Assembly: GCF_021028975.2 (NCBI RefSeq) | Contig: NC_059426.1 | Span: 76,694,001-76,758,000, forward strand | Direction: 5' to 3' | DNA from: Sphaerodactylus townsendi | Lineage: Eukaryota | Length of the DNA stretch: 64,000 nucleotides | Part shown: piece by piece, positions 60,429 through 64,000 of the stretch | Numbering within the stretch: the stretch's first letter is position 1 | Layout: the number at the start of each line of letters is the position of its first letter | Notes under the pieces: generated by a model | The model's database searches: none | What the model was told of the DNA's origin: nothing | Seen by the model: only the letters and a program-made list of their open reading frames with translations | Made by a program: the position numbers and the translations under genes

Positions 60429-63400
60429 TTCTACTGTAGGTGTGGGGCATCTTGTATGGGTGTCTTCTCCACCAGTTGCAGAGAGGCAGGAAATGACAAA
60501 ATAATTATCCTTGTACTTCCTGTGCTATCTCCGGGGTAGCTTTGCCTCAGTATTTTCCTGCCACTGCAGAGAGCAGACGTGTTTTTTGGAGACTCTGACA
60601 AAAAACCCTCTGTTTGTCTTTGGCGCTATGTCTTCTGTGGGTCTGTCTGAGTATCTTCGTCTCAAACCCGGGTGAGTGCCGCGCTCCTGCTTAGGGAAGG
60701 GCCCCAGCCTAGAAAGGGGGGGGATCTTTACCAGCCAAATTGCCAGTTCCAGAGCTTAAATTCAGCTCTCCCCTTTGAGTCACGAAATGGAAGCTAGGTC
60801 TTTCTCCCCAGAACGGGAGACCTTCGTGGCCTCCGCTGCCGAGCGCACCCGCTCCACAAACCCCGGGAAGGCAAAGAAAAAGACAGGGGGAGCAAAATCT
60901 TCCGCGGCAAAAACAACCGCCAAAACGTCGGGCGCGGGAGAAACGGGCGCCCAGGAGCATGCGCAGTCGGCCGCGGATGCAAAAAAGAGACGTTTGCAAA
61001 ACGATGGGAGTTTCGCGCCTTCCCAGGGTGCGCCCCTTGAGGAAAACTCCACGGCCGACTCCTCCAGCCTTCCCAGGGCTACGGAGCAGTCGTGCCTCTC
61101 CGAGGGCGGCACAGATGACCGACTGCTGTTCTTCCCTGTGTTCCACCAGTGCAAGCACCCAGAATTGCAGAAACAAGGGAGGTTCATAGTCCATACCGCA
61201 AGCCTGACTGCCTGCTTCTAAGCTGGGATGAGGCGCCTCTGAAGCCTTTCGGCAGAGTTCCCTTCAGCAGGCAGATTGATCAAAGCTTTGGATGCAAGAG
61301 GATCTAAGGTTTGCTGTCGCCCGAGCTCCAGTCCTCAACTCTTAGGGGATCACGCGAGCGTCCCAGCAGTAGGGGAGGACTCCTGCTTTTCACAGAAGGG
61401 ATCCCTTAGCCCTCCCAGAAAGTGGAGGAGAGGAAGAAAGGTTATCTAGCTCTGGATGAGAGGCTGGACGGGAAAAAATTCTCTGATTCCCCAGAGGAAA
61501 CCACTGGAAACAATCCCCTGGAAACAATCAATCACCAATTTTTCTAAAATCTCTGGAGGAAAGCTTCACAAACCCTAATTCTCCAAAACTATTTCTGCCC
61601 TGGACTCCATGATCCTGAAGACGCCTGAAGAACTCCTTTCTATCTTCAGACTCTCGGGCACCTGCCCCCAGGAAACCAATTAAGGGGTTCCCTAAAGGGA
61701 AAATCTGATTACTTCCCCCCAAAGATAAATTGTAAGGAGTGAAAAGTTCTTTCCCAGTTCCTGAATGCTTTGTAAAAAGGATTCAAAGGCGGAACATGGA
61801 TGAATCCCACCTCCTGGCACAAAGTTACTTGCCCAACGTAATTTTAAGAAAAAATATTTTGGATGCCTCTAAACAATTCCAATGCCTTCCTCCAAAATCC
61901 TCCCGTGGATGCCCTCCCATGCTAATTTTTTGCGCGACTCTGGAGCCTTGGTGGCAAAAAGAAGGGGAAGGGAACATCAAAGACCCTTTGGATAGGAGAT
62001 CTGAGGCGTTGCCTTGCGCAGGTCCGGCGGGAATGGCTGGCAGCAGCCATTCACAAACCCTTTGACTTTCCCTCCCACTGTGGCCAGAGCCACATTGGCT
62101 GGTGAGCTGCAAAAGATGACTTCCTGGAAATGATACCAGTCCGAGGCTAAAGGTGTTAGAGGGCATAGAAAGAATTCTATCAAGACCGCTTTTAATTCTT
62201 TTATGCAGATGCCATCTCCTTCGATGCCATGCAGGCCTTAGGGGGGCAAGATCCATGGCTTCCAACATGATTACTGCTGTAGTGACCTAACGCGATGGAT
62301 CCGGCCCGTCGCAAGCTGGACATTCAATCTAAGCAACGTAGTGGCTGGTTACCCCTACTATGGAGAAGCATTGGTTTCGGTAAAGAACTCAATCTCAAGT
62401 CCTGGTCCAAACAAAAGATAACAAAAAGATGATGCGTCTAAAATCCAGTCTGGGACCAGACAGAACACCGTAAACACTGTAAACAAATTTCACTCCTTCA
62501 GATCTTCACAAGACCCCTTCCTAGGTCTCCAACGAGATGGACAAAGAAACGAATTGGCAAAACCAGCGAAGTCCTTTCGAAACCATAAGCAAACCGCCAA
62601 GCAGTTCAACAAACAAGGGAGAACCTTCAACTCCAACAAAAATAAGCAATGACTACCAAGACATTCCGGTGGGAGGTCGCCTCCAGTTTTTCCATACACA
62701 GCATCGGTATAAGGGAGTCAATGCGTGGACAGGGTGGACACTTCCAGACGCCTTTCCGTTTCCACAGGCTACGTGATAGAATTCAACATCATCCCGCGTC
62801 ACCACGTGTTGACTTCACCACTCTCAAACGACCCGATCAAAGCCAACAGAACCCTGGAGGCAATCTCTCACCTATTGAAAATTCATATGTATTTCGAAAG
62901 CCTGTTCCTACAGCTTTGAATCTGGTACTGGTAGGGACTTATTCACATTTCTTTACAGTCCCCAAACGCAATGGGGACTGGAGAGCAATTCTGAATCTGA
63001 AACGTCTCAACAAATTCATTCGGGTCCCAAAATTCAGGATGGAAACCCTCAGGTCAATTACAGCATCGCTCCGTCATCAGGACCTGTTGACATCACTAGA
63101 TCTGACCCTGGCTATTATGTTACTATTAACATTCCCATTCACAAATCACACAGGAAATAATTTGGAGTAGGGTTCATGTTCGTCCAGGATCAACACTACC
63201 AATTCAAGACCTTACCGTTCGGGCTGGCCACTGCCCCTCAGACTTTCTCGAAAGTCCTTCTAGCCTCGATCATTCTTCTAAGAGAACAAGGGGTACACGT
63301 TTACCCTTATCTCGACGATCTGCTGATACGCTCGCAATCTGTTGCCAAGGCAAATGAAGATACCAACGTAGTACAAATCATCTTGTCTCAACACGGCTTT

Positions 63401-64000
63401 ATCATAAACAAAGAAAAAAGTTCCTTAACTCCCTCTACTCGTCTAGAACACCTGGGCGCTGTGGTGGACACAGTTCAAGACATGCTATTCATTCCAGAAG
63501 AAAAGATCACAAAAATTCGTCGGACAACATTGGAAATCATGTCTGCCAAACGCAACTCCGTGCTGAAACTCGCAAGCCTGTTGGAACTTTTCATATCGGT
63601 AATAGACCTGACCCAGTGGGCACCTAATTACCACAGCGGTGATTCCACGTATACCGACACTTCCTTTCGGGCATACCACAACTTTGGACATCATCAACAA
63701 GAAAGACATCGCAAGCTTCTTAACACTACCCTCAGAAGTCCGGCTAAAGTCTGCGTAAATGGTGGACCACTCTGACATTCCAACCCATGGAGACGAGGGA
63801 AAACGATTATCTACGCACCCCTCACTCACCAACAAATATTTACGGATGCCAGCCTCCAGGGCTGGGGAGCAGCACTTCAACCGCCAACAATACGTTGCCC
63901 GCTGGGCACCTGGTCTCAGGAGGAATCCAAGTTACACATCAACGTATTGGAAACTCGCACAATTCTCCTAGCTCTTCAACATTTTCTGCCCCAAATTCGT
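60429..64000 (+). mobile_element. DIRS1-type retrotransposon (5' end, gag, RT, start of RNase H), frameshifted, running off the window
   Basis: gag-like KEGEGNIKDPLDRR; RT motifs YSHFFTVPKRNGDWRAILNLKRLNKF..FRMETL, YQFKTLPFGLATAP and YPYLDDLLI; RNase H TDASLQGWGA and HINVLE; 5' gggcatctt motif shared with the older DIRS terminus. Confidence 0.92.

Overview
Vertebrate (squamate, very probably gecko) genomic DNA, not prokaryotic. The lineage call rests on Squam3-type and Sauria SINEs, CR1/L2 fragments, Penelope remnants and DIRS elements. The only protein-coding host gene I can identify is ribonuclease inhibitor RNH1 on the minus strand: a CpG-island first exon near 10.6 kb, the ATG exon at 6865-6950 and three 171-nt LRR exons, with the gene continuing off the left edge. 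Upstream lie an orphan CpG-rich regulatory block (15-16.7 kb) and an intact tRNA-Ala(AGC) gene (21176-21248, minus). The tRNA is head-to-head with a ZNF143/NRF1-type CpG-island promoter of an unidentified plus-strand gene; no coding exon of that gene is recognisable in the remaining 42 kb. The rest is transposon-rich intron/intergenic DNA. It holds nested DNA transposons with exact TSDs (including a SPIN MITE), two DIRS retrotransposons, degenerate Penelope hammerhead-ribozyme motifs and three foldback structures (23.1, 44.1-44.5 and 44.7-45.6 kb). There are four assembly gaps. I found no firm evidence of a wholly new biological system. The best leads are the foldback insertion, a TGT..ACA element with 25-bp TIRs, an internal module shared between transposon superfamilies and the orphan promoter. 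All repeat-family names come from recalled consensus motifs, not database searches.
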